A stretch of DNA of 64,000 bases. It comes from Thermoproteota archaeon. GTDB lineage: Archaea > Asgardarchaeota > Njordarchaeia > Njordarchaeales > Panguiarchaeaceae. A model generated the notes under the pieces. That model saw nothing but the letters and a program-made list of their open reading frames with translations. It did no database searches and was not told where the DNA came from. A program made the position numbers and the translations under genes. The DNA is taken from positions 136,046 through 200,045 of the forward strand of contig JANJXX010000002.1 of assembly GCA_024720975.1 (NCBI GenBank), written 5' to 3'. Positions 32,514 through 42,177 of the stretch are shown in pieces (the stretch's first letter is position 1; every line of letters begins with the position of its first letter).

Positions 32514-34001
32514 ATGGAGTTCACCTACGAATCAGTTTCCCGGATATTATATCTCCAAGCGATGAACTTAAAAACATCAGAGGTAATATACATGGCCGGA
32601 TATGGACTAGAATACAGAACTGTAAGAAGCATTGAAGGCACTCTTATAGTGCTTGAAAAAACAAAACCTGTCGGTTATAATGAGCTAGTTGAAGTAGTCC
32701 TTCCGGATGGTACTGAGTACTATGGTTCAGTAATAGATACTTCAATGGACTATGTACTAATTCAAGTATTTGGTAGGAAAGAAGGTCTTGAACGTGGTCT
32801 GAAAGTTAGATTGACTGGCGAGCCCATATCGATTCCGCTATCCGAAGATGTGCTAGGTCGGGTTCTAACTGGATCCTTTAAGCCGCGAGACCATCTTCCC
32901 CCAATAATCGGAGACGAAAAAAGAGAGATCTTTTACTCAGTGATAAACCCAGCTGCTCGTGCTCCTCCAGAGGAATTTATACAAACCGGCATCTCAATAA
33001 TAGACGCCTGTCTAGCATTGGTACGTGGGCAAAAATTACCGATATTTACATTATCTGGACTACCACATAATATGCTTCTAGCACAGATAGCAAGGCAAGC
33101 TACGATTTTGAAGAAAGGTGCTGAGGCCCGAGAGGATTTTGCAGTGGTTTTCTGTGCTATGGGATTGCGGCATGAGGAATATGAGTTCTTCCGCCAAACT
33201 TTTGAAAAAACCGGCGCGCTGCATCGTTCTGTGATGATTCTCAATCTGGCGGATGAGCCTGAGATAGAGCGTATTATAGCACCAAGAGTTGCGCTAACCG
33301 TTGCTGAATACCTGGCTTTCGACCTCGATTATCACGTTCTTGTAATACTTGGAGATATGCTAAGTTATGCAGAAATTTTGAGGGTTTTATCCACCGCCCG
33401 TAGGGAGATACCGGCTAGAAAAGGATACCCTGGATATCTGTACACAGATTTGGCTACGATTTACGAAAGATGTGGAAAAATAAAGGGCATGAAAGGGAGT
33501 GTAACGTTGATGCCATACCTAACAATGCCGGGGGGCGATATAACACATCCCGTAGTCGATTTAAGTGGTTATATCACAGAGGGTCAAATAATTCTATCGA
33601 ATGAGCTTCACATGAGAGGAATTTATCCGCCAGTGGACTTATTAAACTCGCTTTCTAGGTTGGCTAAGGATGGTATCGGTAAGGGTAAAACGAGAGAGGA
33701 TCATAAATATATTGCGGAGCAGCTATATGCATCATATGCCGCCGGGATTGAAGCCAGGGAATTAGCTAAGATAATCGGTGAGCGTGCTTTAAGCGAAAGA
33801 GAACGAAAATATCTAGAATTCACAAACATGTTTGAGCGAAAATTTATTAGTCAAGGTTATTTAGAGAACCGCAGTATCGAGCAGACACTAGAACTAGCTT
33901 GGGACTTGCTAGCCACTCTCCCGGAGGGAGAGTTAACCAGAATACCACCACGTATCATACATGAGTATCATCCCAAATACAGATCAAAAAAAGTCACTTA
34001 G
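32514..34001 (+). CDS. atpB: A/V-type ATP synthase subunit B
   Basis: [55 protein letters not shown]. Start probably ATG at 32592. Confidence 0.95.
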   Translation: MEFTYESVSRILYLQAMNLKTSEVIYMAGYGLEYRTVRSIEGTLIVLEKTKPVGYNELVEVVLPDGTEYYGSVIDTSMDYVLIQVFGRKEGLERGLKVRLTGEPISIPLSEDVLGRVLTGSFKPRDHLPPIIGDEKREIFYSVINPAARAPPEEFIQTGISIIDACLALVRGQKLPIFTLSGLPHNMLLAQIARQATILKKGAEAREDFAVVFCAMGLRHEEYEFFRQTFEKTGALHRSVMILNLADEPEIERIIAPRVALTVAEYLAFDLDYHVLVILGDMLSYAEILRVLSTARREIPARKGYPGYLYTDLATIYERCGKIKGMKGSVTLMPYLTMPGGDITHPVVDLSGYITEGQIILSNELHMRGIYPPVDLLNSLSRLAKDGIGKGKTREDHKYIAEQLYASYAAGIEARELAKIIGERALSERERKYLEFTNMFERKFISQGYLENRSIEQTLELAWDLLATLPEGELTRIPPRIIHEYHPKYRSKKVT

Positions 34002-34161
34002 GCGCGATCACAGTGGGGAATCTCTGAAGTACACTTTGGGTCCTACTTACTTAAGCTACCATTAAGTATCTTAAAACATCGTACTACTATAATATCTATG
34101 GTTCGTTTGGCTAATTCTCGAAAAACTCCAATGTGCTTATAAATAACAAGGAAGAACTAAA

Positions 34162-36102
34162 ATGACAGAGGAAGGCGCACTTACAGCGAAGGAAATAATA
34201 GGATATAGTGAAAGACTCCTGAATGCAGTTAAGTCGGAGTTGCCACCTCAGGCGCAGGTTTCAGATGTCAGGTTTGAGGGTCCATTCATCGTCGTGTACT
34301 GCAAGAATCCGGAGATATTAATATACTACGACGAGTTGGTAAAAAACATAGCTAGGAAGTATAAACTGCGCGTCATCATACGGACGGATGAGAGTGTAAG
34401 GAAACCTGAGATAGAAGCCGAGGAGGTAATATACAAAATCATACCCTCAGATGCGGGAATAAGTCTAAAGCCATTCTTTAATCCTCTAACGGGGCAAGTA
34501 TTTATCAAAGCAAAAAAACCGGGTTTAGCGATTGGTAAAGATGGATCTTTAAGGAAGCGTATTCTATTGGAGACTGGTTGGGAACCTGTAATAAAAAGAC
34601 TTCCTCCAGTGAATTCGAGTATAGTCGATTATGTGCAAGAATTTGATAGAATATACTACTCGTACATATCGAAGTTCCTTCAGAAAGTCGGCGAGAGGAT
34701 ATACAGAACTTACGTTCTTAAGAAAAACAAAGTTAGAGTCACAGTGCTTGGATCGGGTCTTGAGGTAGGTGGAAATGCGTTCTTGATTGAAACAAAGGAG
34801 AGCAAAGTATTAATTGATGCGGGTATGAGACTTTCAAGTGAGGAATTTTTCCCTTACTTTGATTTCCTCGACAGTACCTTAATTGATGATCTCGATGCAG
34901 TAGTTGTGACGCACGCTCACCTGGATCATGTTGGTTTAGTTCCCTACCTTTATAAGTATGGCTATCGTGGTCCTGTTTATTGTACGGAACCAACGCGATA
35001 TTTATCTGTACTGATTTTGAGGGATTATGTTAAAACAGCAGTTAGTCAGGGCCTCCTTACACCGTACAGTATGTCAGATATAGATGAGTTCATAAAACAT
35101 TGCATTACTTTGGATTACGACAAGGTCTATGATATTGCACCTGATATGCGGTTAACGCTGTATAACGCTGGTCACATATTAGGAAGTGCTTTAGTTCATC
35201 TACACATAGCAGAGGGAATTCATAACATAGTTTTTGCTTCAGACTTTAGATTCTCCAACACAAGGTTACTAGACGCGGCTACTAATGTATTTCCAAGAGT
35301 CGAAACTATTTTTATGGAGGCTACATATGGTGGAGAGAAGGACATACATCCTCCCAGGCACGTGGCCGAGAATCAACTAGTAGGCTTAATTAAACACGCC
35401 ATAAGGAATAGGAGTAAGATATTAATCCCTAGTTTTGCTGTGGGTCGAGCACAGGAGCTCATGATTACTCTATGGCATATCTTCGTCGAACTTAAGCTCG
35501 TAGAGCCAATAGATGTCTACATCGCTGGTATGATAAGTGAAGCAACCAATGTACACTTGGCGTGTCCATCATTTCTTTCTCGCAGAATTCAACATATGAT
35601 CTTGTCTAAGGATTCTAATCCATTTTTAGCAGAGTTCTTTATTCCTGTCGACTCTCCTGAAAGCATACCTGAAATTGCAAACCGACCACAACCCGCGATA
35701 ATAATATCAACAAATGGAATGATTCAGGGTGGCCCTATTCTCGATTTCCTTAGATACATGTCAGAGGATCCTAACAACATGCTAGTCTTTGTGAGTTACC
35801 AGGCTCCAGGGACACTCGGTAGACAGATTCAAAGAGGAGCCCAGATAGTCCGCCTCGTTTCCGCTGAAGGTACAAGGGAGTTGCATATAAAAATGGCGGT
35901 GCATAGCATAAAGGGATTTTCTGGTCACAGTGACCATTCTGAGCTAATTAAGTTTGTGAGTGAGATGCAGCCTAATAAGCCCAAGCGAGTAGTCCTAATT
36001 CATGGCGATCCTCCTAAAATATACGAATTAGCTAAAAAGCTCTCTACACTTAAGTTTGAGGTACTCACCCCTGGAAATGGTGATGCAATCTCTTTAGTTT
36101 GA
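34162..36102 (+). CDS. Beta-CASP ribonuclease aCPSF1 (transcription termination factor FttA)
   Basis: N-terminal KH domains (KPGLAIGKDG), THAHLDH, AGHILGSA, FSGHSD, HG. Confidence 0.93.
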   Translation: MTEEGALTAKEIIGYSERLLNAVKSELPPQAQVSDVRFEGPFIVVYCKNPEILIYYDELVKNIARKYKLRVIIRTDESVRKPEIEAEEVIYKIIPSDAGISLKPFFNPLTGQVFIKAKKPGLAIGKDGSLRKRILLETGWEPVIKRLPPVNSSIVDYVQEFDRIYYSYISKFLQKVGERIYRTYVLKKNKVRVTVLGSGLEVGGNAFLIETKESKVLIDAGMRLSSEEFFPYFDFLDSTLIDDLDAVVVTHAHLDHVGLVPYLYKYGYRGPVYCTEPTRYLSVLILRDYVKTAVSQGLLTPYSMSDIDEFIKHCITLDYDKVYDIAPDMRLTLYNAGHILGSALVHLHIAEGIHNIVFASDFRFSNTRLLDAATNVFPRVETIFMEATYGGEKDIHPPRHVAENQLVGLIKHAIRNRSKILIPSFAVGRAQELMITLWHIFVELKLVEPIDVYIAGMISEATNVHLACPSFLSRRIQHMILSKDSNPFLAEFFIPVDSPESIPEIANRPQPAIIISTNGMIQGGPILDFLRYMSEDPNNMLVFVSYQAPGTLGRQIQRGAQIVRLVSAEGTRELHIKMAVHSIKGFSGHSDHSELIKFVSEMQPNKPKRVVLIHGDPPKIYELAKKLSTLKFEVLTPGNGDAISLV

Positions 36103-36108
36103 ATTATG

Positions 36109-37446
36109 CTAAAAGTAGACGGGCGACTCTTGATAAACTATTTCCCCGGTAATGTTTTTTCCCATGAGGTCCTTTACTTCAGCCTCTGGAATGTCTTGAG
36201 CCAATAGCCATCCAAGCTTTATATACGCCACGTGAGGTAGCATGTTTCTACCGGATACAACACCCAAAGTTTTTAATTTTCGTCCGGTTTCATAAACATC
36301 TAGATATACTCCTCCTAATAAGCATTGTGTCGTCATAACGACTATGATACCATTTTCAATAGCACGTTGAATTGATTCAAACATATATTCTGGCACGTGT
36401 CCGAGACCTGTTCCAACAAGCACTAAACCTCGATAATTCCTGTCAGTAAATGAATCTATAATATCTTGTGGCATCCCGGGATATATAAAAATAATAGCAG
36501 TCTTAGGTTCGAAAACTGCCTTTAATTCAGATTCAATCTCTGTCGTCTTTTTATGGTGAGGGTAAAGTATGTCAACTTTTTGCTCCCTAATATCAACTCT
36601 CGCGATGGGTGGTATACCAATACTCCTAAAAGCGTCTCTGCGTGTGCTATGAAGCTTTATGCATCTAACACCCCTATGGGCGAAGAAGCATGTGTCGTCT
36701 GGAGTTCCGTGCATTAAAATAACTGGCTCACCTACATCAGATTTAGTTGCGAATATAGAACTAGCTATTAGATTGGTCGGGGCATCGGATGCCGGTCTAT
36801 CAGAACTTCGCATAGCCCCAGTAAGCACAACTGGGCCCTTTAGGTTTCTCAGCATGAATGCCAACGCGGCTGCTGAGTAATGTAGTGTATCAGTTCCATG
36901 GGTTATTATTACGGATTTTGCACCAGAAAGAAGCTCTCTGTATGTTGTCTTTGCAATTTCTATCCAGTGCTTGGGGGTCATATTCTCGCTAAATATGTTG
37001 AAAAGCATTGTAAGTCTTGGCTTGATTATACTGAAAAGTTCAGGTATGGCGTTTGAAAGCTCTTCGGCCGAGAATGCTGGCGCTACAGCGCCTGTGGTAT
37101 ATTCTATTCTGGATGCAATTGTTCCCCCGCAGTGGATTATAGAGACTTCTGGCAAGTCTTCTCGTGCGGTAACTAGCATTTTGGGAAGTGTGTATTTGGG
37201 AGTAATCGTTGCAATTTTCTTGATAGATTTTATTCTATCAACTTTCACTGCCAGATTGTAACCATTAGGAAGTTTTAGATAAATAACGTCCTCTCTTACC
37301 GGACCTGGTAATATAATAGCCTCAAACGCGGTAGTTCCTATAGATACGACTACCTTATCCCAGATGCTAACCCCTTCTCTCTCAAGGAGTTCCTTGGCTT
37401 TTCCCGCATACATATCGAGGGCTCCTCGCAAATTCATAAACTGCAT
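36109..37446 (-). CDS. gatD: Glu-tRNA(Gln) amidotransferase subunit D
   Basis: KLPNGYN, GGTIASRIEYTTGAV, HGTDT, RSSDRPASD, HSTRRDAF, GLGH. Confidence 0.94.
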   Translation of the reverse strand: MQFMNLRGALDMYAGKAKELLEREGVSIWDKVVVSIGTTAFEAIILPGPVREDVIYLKLPNGYNLAVKVDRIKSIKKIATITPKYTLPKMLVTAREDLPEVSIIHCGGTIASRIEYTTGAVAPAFSAEELSNAIPELFSIIKPRLTMLFNIFSENMTPKHWIEIAKTTYRELLSGAKSVIITHGTDTLHYSAAALAFMLRNLKGPVVLTGAMRSSDRPASDAPTNLIASSIFATKSDVGEPVILMHGTPDDTCFFAHRGVRCIKLHSTRRDAFRSIGIPPIARVDIREQKVDILYPHHKKTTEIESELKAVFEPKTAIIFIYPGMPQDIIDSFTDRNYRGLVLVGTGLGHVPEYMFESIQRAIENGIIVVMTTQCLLGGVYLDVYETGRKLKTLGVVSGRNMLPHVAYIKLGWLLAQDIPEAEVKDLMGKNITGEIVYQESPVYF

Positions 37447-37567
37447 TTTAAAATAAGTTAAGCGATAAAATTACAATACTACTATTATCTAGTCATTTCA
37501 ATGAATGCCTATTTAGGCTTTTTTTGGCTCTTTTAAGTGAAAGACAAACAACTATGGGGGACAATTC

Positions 37568-39016
37568 TTGAGCACAAAATCAATTGAGAGAAAAAGTGTT
37601 CCGCTCTTTATGATATTATTAGTGCTGTCTCTGGCATATTTCGTCTCAACAGCTTTTCTGTTTCATGTAAGTAATGTGAAAGACGCTGAATACTACTCTG
37701 CAGAATGGTTCCTAGAAAACTCTCATGCGATAATACCCACGTTTCCACTCCTTAACATTACTCCACCTAATTACACGCTCCAATTTTCATTCGAGGTTGT
37801 TGGTGACGCCAGAACTTACGGCTGGAGATTTATTATCCTCAGTGAATATGCCACAGGGAAGGGGTGGGTTGTAGGTAATCTTAGCCAGGAGCCTTATCTA
37901 ATGAATACCACGGAGCATTTCTTTCTGGTGAGGTTACTCCCGCTTCCTATAGAAGTGCTTCGAAGCTTTCCTCTAGTAACGCTATGGGATGTTATGCACC
38001 AACGTCCAATTATATCATCATTTTCACCATACATTTCAACAGTTAGCCACTTTGAATGTTACCTAGGGATATTGAAGCCAGATGATATCGTAACCGTGGA
38101 CGTCTCAAGCCCAGAAGAGGGTCTAATAGGCTTCCGGTATTTAGCACACTTCACTCCTACGAACTTTCATGATATGCCTAGTTCTTTTTCCAAAGTTAAT
38201 GAAACAAAGACCGAGGCGCAAAGAAATAGTGCTATTCGTGATTATTTAAAAATTCCCTCAGACTACTTTTCAATGTATCCTAAAGTACTAGAGTTAGTTG
38301 AAAATGTATCACTGCCGCCCGAAAGATCTGTTTATGATCAGCTAACAAGTACTTTAGCTTACATTTTTGCAAACTTTGAGTTAAGGGAGAGTATTAACGT
38401 GGTGCGTGATCCTGTAGCAGATTTTATTGAAAATGGTGGAGGGCCACCCACTGGATTTGTTAATGTCACAGCATTTATACTCAGAGCACTTGGCATACCG
38501 ACTCGTATAGTAATTGGTTTTATTGGTGGGGGCTATTCTAAATCCACAAATACTACGACATACTCACTAGAGAATTTGGCAGCATGGATAGAAATATGGG
38601 ATAAGAACATTGGCTGGATCCCAATTTGGGTTTATCCACTTATGTTCAAGGTGTCTAATATTCTGGCTCCCATAACAGCCCAGGTACAGGCACCCAGAAC
38701 CATAGAGAACTATCCAGCGGCACGTATCAATGAGTCTATAACAATTAATGTAAGTCTGGAGGGGAATTTCAGTACTTTTGAGAATACACAGGCTGAAATA
38801 TATGATCTAAACGCGTCTTTAAGGATCGGTAGCGTAGTCATTCGAAAAATTGGCGAAGGTAAGTATGGGTTCTCGTTTGATTTCAGTTACGATGCAGTTT
38901 ACAGTGGCTCTGGGATGAATGTTGTTTACGGCAGACATGTTATCGTTGTGAGAATGCATTCAGTGTATCTATTCCTAGAACTTGTTTTGCTCAGAATGAC
39001 TACCATCAGCTCGTGA
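37568..39016 (+). CDS. Membrane-anchored transglutaminase-like domain protein, catalytic triad apparently lost
   Basis: N-terminal TM; DPVADF..GGG...ILRALGIPTRIVIGF...AAWIEIW....GWIP. Confidence 0.75.
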   Translation: MSTKSIERKSVPLFMILLVLSLAYFVSTAFLFHVSNVKDAEYYSAEWFLENSHAIIPTFPLLNITPPNYTLQFSFEVVGDARTYGWRFIILSEYATGKGWVVGNLSQEPYLMNTTEHFFLVRLLPLPIEVLRSFPLVTLWDVMHQRPIISSFSPYISTVSHFECYLGILKPDDIVTVDVSSPEEGLIGFRYLAHFTPTNFHDMPSSFSKVNETKTEAQRNSAIRDYLKIPSDYFSMYPKVLELVENVSLPPERSVYDQLTSTLAYIFANFELRESINVVRDPVADFIENGGGPPTGFVNVTAFILRALGIPTRIVIGFIGGGYSKSTNTTTYSLENLAAWIEIWDKNIGWIPIWVYPLMFKVSNILAPITAQVQAPRTIENYPAARINESITINVSLEGNFSTFENTQAEIYDLNASLRIGSVVIRKIGEGKYGFSFDFSYDAVYSGSGMNVVYGRHVIVVRMHSVYLFLELVLLRMTTISS

Positions 39017-40684
39017 GCGTCTTTTCAATGCTGCCTGGATGAGTCCAACGAACAAAGGATGCGGTTTCAAAGGTCTCGAGCTATACTCTGGATGGTATTG
39101 AACACCTATGTAAAACTGATGATCCTTAAGCTCAAAAGCGGCGATATTGCCCTCGGCATCAATTGCACTTACAATGTAGCCATGATTGGCAAATATTTTA
39201 ACGAAATCCCAGACTATATGATAACGGTGTCGAAACCTTTCCCTAGTCTTGTTTGACCCATACAATTCATAAAGCTTGGTATTTTCGATTATTTTAATTT
39301 CGATTCCCCCAAGACGCATTGTACCTCCTAAGTTAGTCACTGATCTTTGCTCTGGAAGTATATCTACTACGGGATATGGGGTTTCTGGGTCTATCTCAGT
39401 GGAATTTGCTCTTTCTAAGCCAACAATATACCGCGCAAAGGCTGCTGTAGCAAGTTGCGCACCAAAACAGATCCCTAGAAATGGTGTGCCAGTTCTTAGT
39501 GCATAATATGCGGCCCTGATCATCCCCTCGGAGCCTCTTTTCCCGAAACCAGGCGTGAGAATTATAGCGTCATAGGCTTGGAGATGTTGAATTCCCTCTC
39601 TTTCGATAGCTTCTGAATCGATAATAGCTATTTCAGGTCTCACTTGATAGTAGGCACTAGCATGTCTTAGTGCCTCTAGTATTGATATATATGTATCCTT
39701 AGTTAGTGTATACTTACCAACAAGTGCTATGTTAACCACTTCTCTCGGGCTTTTAAGTGCGTGTATGAAGGATGACCACTTATTTATAAGCTCTGTATCC
39801 AATGATCGCTTGTCTAGGCCAAGGATATTAAATATGTATTCGTGAATTTTCTGTTGCATCAGCGTGAATATTAACTCATAGATAATAGCAACATTAGGTG
39901 CTACGAAAACGCCATTAATGGGAACATTAGAATATAGCGAAAGCTTTCGTTTGGCTTCTAATGGTAAATTGTTTTCATCTACGCGTGCTACTATAGCATC
40001 GCACGTGAGCCCGGACTCTAGAAGTAGCCGAAAACTATGCTGGGCGGGCTTAGTTTTGAATTCGCCAGTATTTTTTAGAAAAGGAACCCAAACAATATGA
40101 ACAATCATGACAGCTTTGGGAGGTAACTCATACTTAAGTTGTCGGATTGCTTCCAAGAAGACGCTTGCTTCATAATCGCCAACAGTACCTCCTATTTCTA
40201 CGATCGTTACTTCATGTTTACTAGCTATCTCTAATATTCTTCTCTTTATTTCTTCAGTAACGTGTGGAATCAGCTGAACAGTCCTTCCGAGATATTTCCC
40301 AGAGCGCTCTCTTAAGATAACTGAAAGATATACCTGTCCGCTTGTGATATTATGGGATGGGTGCAAATTTTGATGCAAAAATCGTTCATAAGTCCCAAAA
40401 TCTTGGTCAACCTCGCAGATTCTATATGATAAATCACGAGCAGGTCTGAAATCCCAAATTTGATCAAGTACGTAGACCTCTCCATGTTCGTGTGGGTTCA
40501 TTAGACCAGCGTCGAGGTTAATGTAGGGATCTACTTTTGCGATTGTTGTGTTGAAACCGCAGATTTTAAGTATCGTTGCTATGCTTGCTGCTATAGTTCC
40601 TTTGCCGATACCAGATAGTGAACCCGTTATGAATATCAGCTTCAAAAGTAACCACCAAACAGGCATTCGTAGCATAACGTACAA
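38975..40684 (-). CDS. pyrG: CTP synthase
   Basis: SGIGKG, DPYINLDAG, EIGGTVGD, KTKPAQ, GICFG, MRLG, RHRY, QYHPE. Start probably TTG near 40625. Confidence 0.96.
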   Translation of the reverse strand: MYVMLRMPVWWLLLKLIFITGSLSGIGKGTIAASIATILKICGFNTTIAKVDPYINLDAGLMNPHEHGEVYVLDQIWDFRPARDLSYRICEVDQDFGTYERFLHQNLHPSHNITSGQVYLSVILRERSGKYLGRTVQLIPHVTEEIKRRILEIASKHEVTIVEIGGTVGDYEASVFLEAIRQLKYELPPKAVMIVHIVWVPFLKNTGEFKTKPAQHSFRLLLESGLTCDAIVARVDENNLPLEAKRKLSLYSNVPINGVFVAPNVAIIYELIFTLMQQKIHEYIFNILGLDKRSLDTELINKWSSFIHALKSPREVVNIALVGKYTLTKDTYISILEALRHASAYYQVRPEIAIIDSEAIEREGIQHLQAYDAIILTPGFGKRGSEGMIRAAYYALRTGTPFLGICFGAQLATAAFARYIVGLERANSTEIDPETPYPVVDILPEQRSVTNLGGTMRLGGIEIKIIENTKLYELYGSNKTRERFRHRYHIVWDFVKIFANHGYIVSAIDAEGNIAAFELKDHQFYIGVQYHPEYSSRPLKPHPLFVGLIQAALKRRSRADGSHSEQNKF

Positions 40685-40774
40685 TGATACGAAAGTAGAT
40701 TGATGTAGATGCTTAAAGGTATCACTATTATCCGTATGTTAGTCGTGTCCATTTTACTGTTGGAGTTAAACAAT

Positions 40775-40985
40775 GGGGCCCCCAGCGCAGACTCTCCCCT
40801 TCAACCAGTCTCTCCCAGAGCGCCGCTGGCTCGCTTAGCGCAGCTCCCTTCCGGGCCGAAGCGCGTTCGCGCGCCCTAGAGAGAGCGATGACAAACCTCC
40901 CATCCTTCGACGGGAGGCTTGCCATAACCCGCGGCCCCTGGGAACTGATCTTCATCGGGTCGAGTGCTGCAGTGGGGGTCTCCCC
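40775..40985 (-). ncRNA. ffs: SRP (7S) RNA, ~210 nt, S-domain plus helix 5
   Basis: GC-rich island. Helix 8 motif GGCCC-GGAA-GGGAGC, helix 6 GCAAGCCTCCCGTC-GAAG-GATGGGAGGTTTGT, and a long helix 5 closed by CCCCCA/TGGGGG. Confidence 0.88.
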
Positions 40986-41265
40986 TCTCGCACCATCTCT
41001 TTTGGATCTAGTGGCTTGTTTGTAACATGATTATGATGTCCAAATCTACCAGATATTTTTAATCTGAGTATTATTAATCATCCCTTAAGCGTTATATATC
41101 TCCGATGCTTTTTAAGCTTCCAACTTAATTTTGGCAACTGAAACTATTAGGATCATACGCATAGATAATATCGTGTGTTTTTATAAGGGAACAATAAGTT
41201 GATGCGATTTATTCTGCAGATTATAGAAAAACTCTACCAGTACAAACTTTAGCAGAAGACGACAG

Positions 41266-41787
41266 GTGGCTTCTATGCTAAAGTTTGATCACCATAAAAG
41301 TATGGCCAAGATCAATGTCTTGTTTCAGCCCATTATTGAGGATATAGATAAGATTGAGAAGTGTTCCAAAGACTTCTTGGTGGAGTTAGATTTGGGAAAT
41401 TTTAAGGAAGATGTAATAACTCAACTTACGGAGAACATTTTTGAGTTGGAAGATATGTATGACGAACTGATGGATGCTCTAAGCACCATACTGCAGGATA
41501 TACCATTGGAATCGAGGACTGCAAAAGAGGCTCTTAGTGCTCTTGAAAAGGTTAAGGACATATTCGAAGATGTCAGGTTGAGAATTGATAACTTAAAGGG
41601 TTTTATTAAGCCAGACATAACGCATAATAATACTCTATTGCAAGAGGTAATAAAAGATGTAAACAAGTCTATAATCGAGCTCAAGAGCGCGCTTACTAAT
41701 GATGTATCGAAACATGTAAAGAGTATCATGAATGAGTACATGAAATTTGAAAGTTTTCTCTCATCTGATGCTGAAATTGAGAGGTGA
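41266..41787 (+). CDS. Hypothetical acidic alpha-helical bundle protein
   Basis: Amphipathic helices; SD GGTGG before ATG at 41275. Confidence 0.65.
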   Translation: MASMLKFDHHKSMAKINVLFQPIIEDIDKIEKCSKDFLVELDLGNFKEDVITQLTENIFELEDMYDELMDALSTILQDIPLESRTAKEALSALEKVKDIFEDVRLRIDNLKGFIKPDITHNNTLLQEVIKDVNKSIIELKSALTNDVSKHVKSIMNEYMKFESFLSSDAEIER

Positions 41788-41864
41788 AAACTAAGTCTAG
41801 GGATTTTTAACCCTTTTTTCACTCATTATTTGAATTAATAGAGTATAGTAAATAGAGAAGGAGT

Positions 41865-41938
41865 GCGCCGGTAGTCTAGCGGTAGGATGCCGGCCTGCCA
41901 AGTCGGTGACGCGGGTTCGAGTCCCGCCCGGCGCACCA
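41865..41938 (+). tRNA. tRNA-Gly(GCC), CCA encoded
   Basis: GCGCCGG/CCGGCGC acceptor stem; CCGGC-CTGCCAA-GTCGG. Confidence 0.96.
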
Positions 41939-41970
41939 CTGCTAAACAAATAACTTATCTTAACAGCTAG

Positions 41971-42043
41971 GGGCCGGTTGCCTAGAGGTTATGGCGTCCC
42001 GTTGACGACGGGGAGGTCGGCGGTTCGAATCCGCCCCGGCCCA
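41971..42043 (+). tRNA. tRNA-Val(GAC)
   Basis: GGGCCGG/CCGGCCC; TCCCG-TTGACGA-CGGGG. Confidence 0.94.
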
Positions 42044-42053
42044 TTAAATGGAT

Positions 42054-42156
42054 GCGGGGGTTCCGGAGTTGGCTAAACGGGCGGGACATAGCGATTGCTA
42101 CCCGACTCAAGATCCCGTGGCGTATGCCTACGCGGGTTCGAATCCCGCCCCCCGCA
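42054..42156 (+). tRNA. tRNA-Leu(CAA) with 19-nt non-canonical intron (32/33; 42088-42106)
   Basis: Body is close to the tRNA-Leu(GAG) copy. Removing ATAGCGATTGCTACCCGAC restores CGGGA-CTCAAGA-TCCCG. Central helix CGGG/CCCG with bulges ACA and ACT. Confidence 0.9.
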
Positions 42157-42177
42157 TTCATAACAACTCTTTCTGCC

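Noticed and set aside
40728-40955. 75-aa ORF
   Set aside because: Lies within the GC-rich SRP RNA
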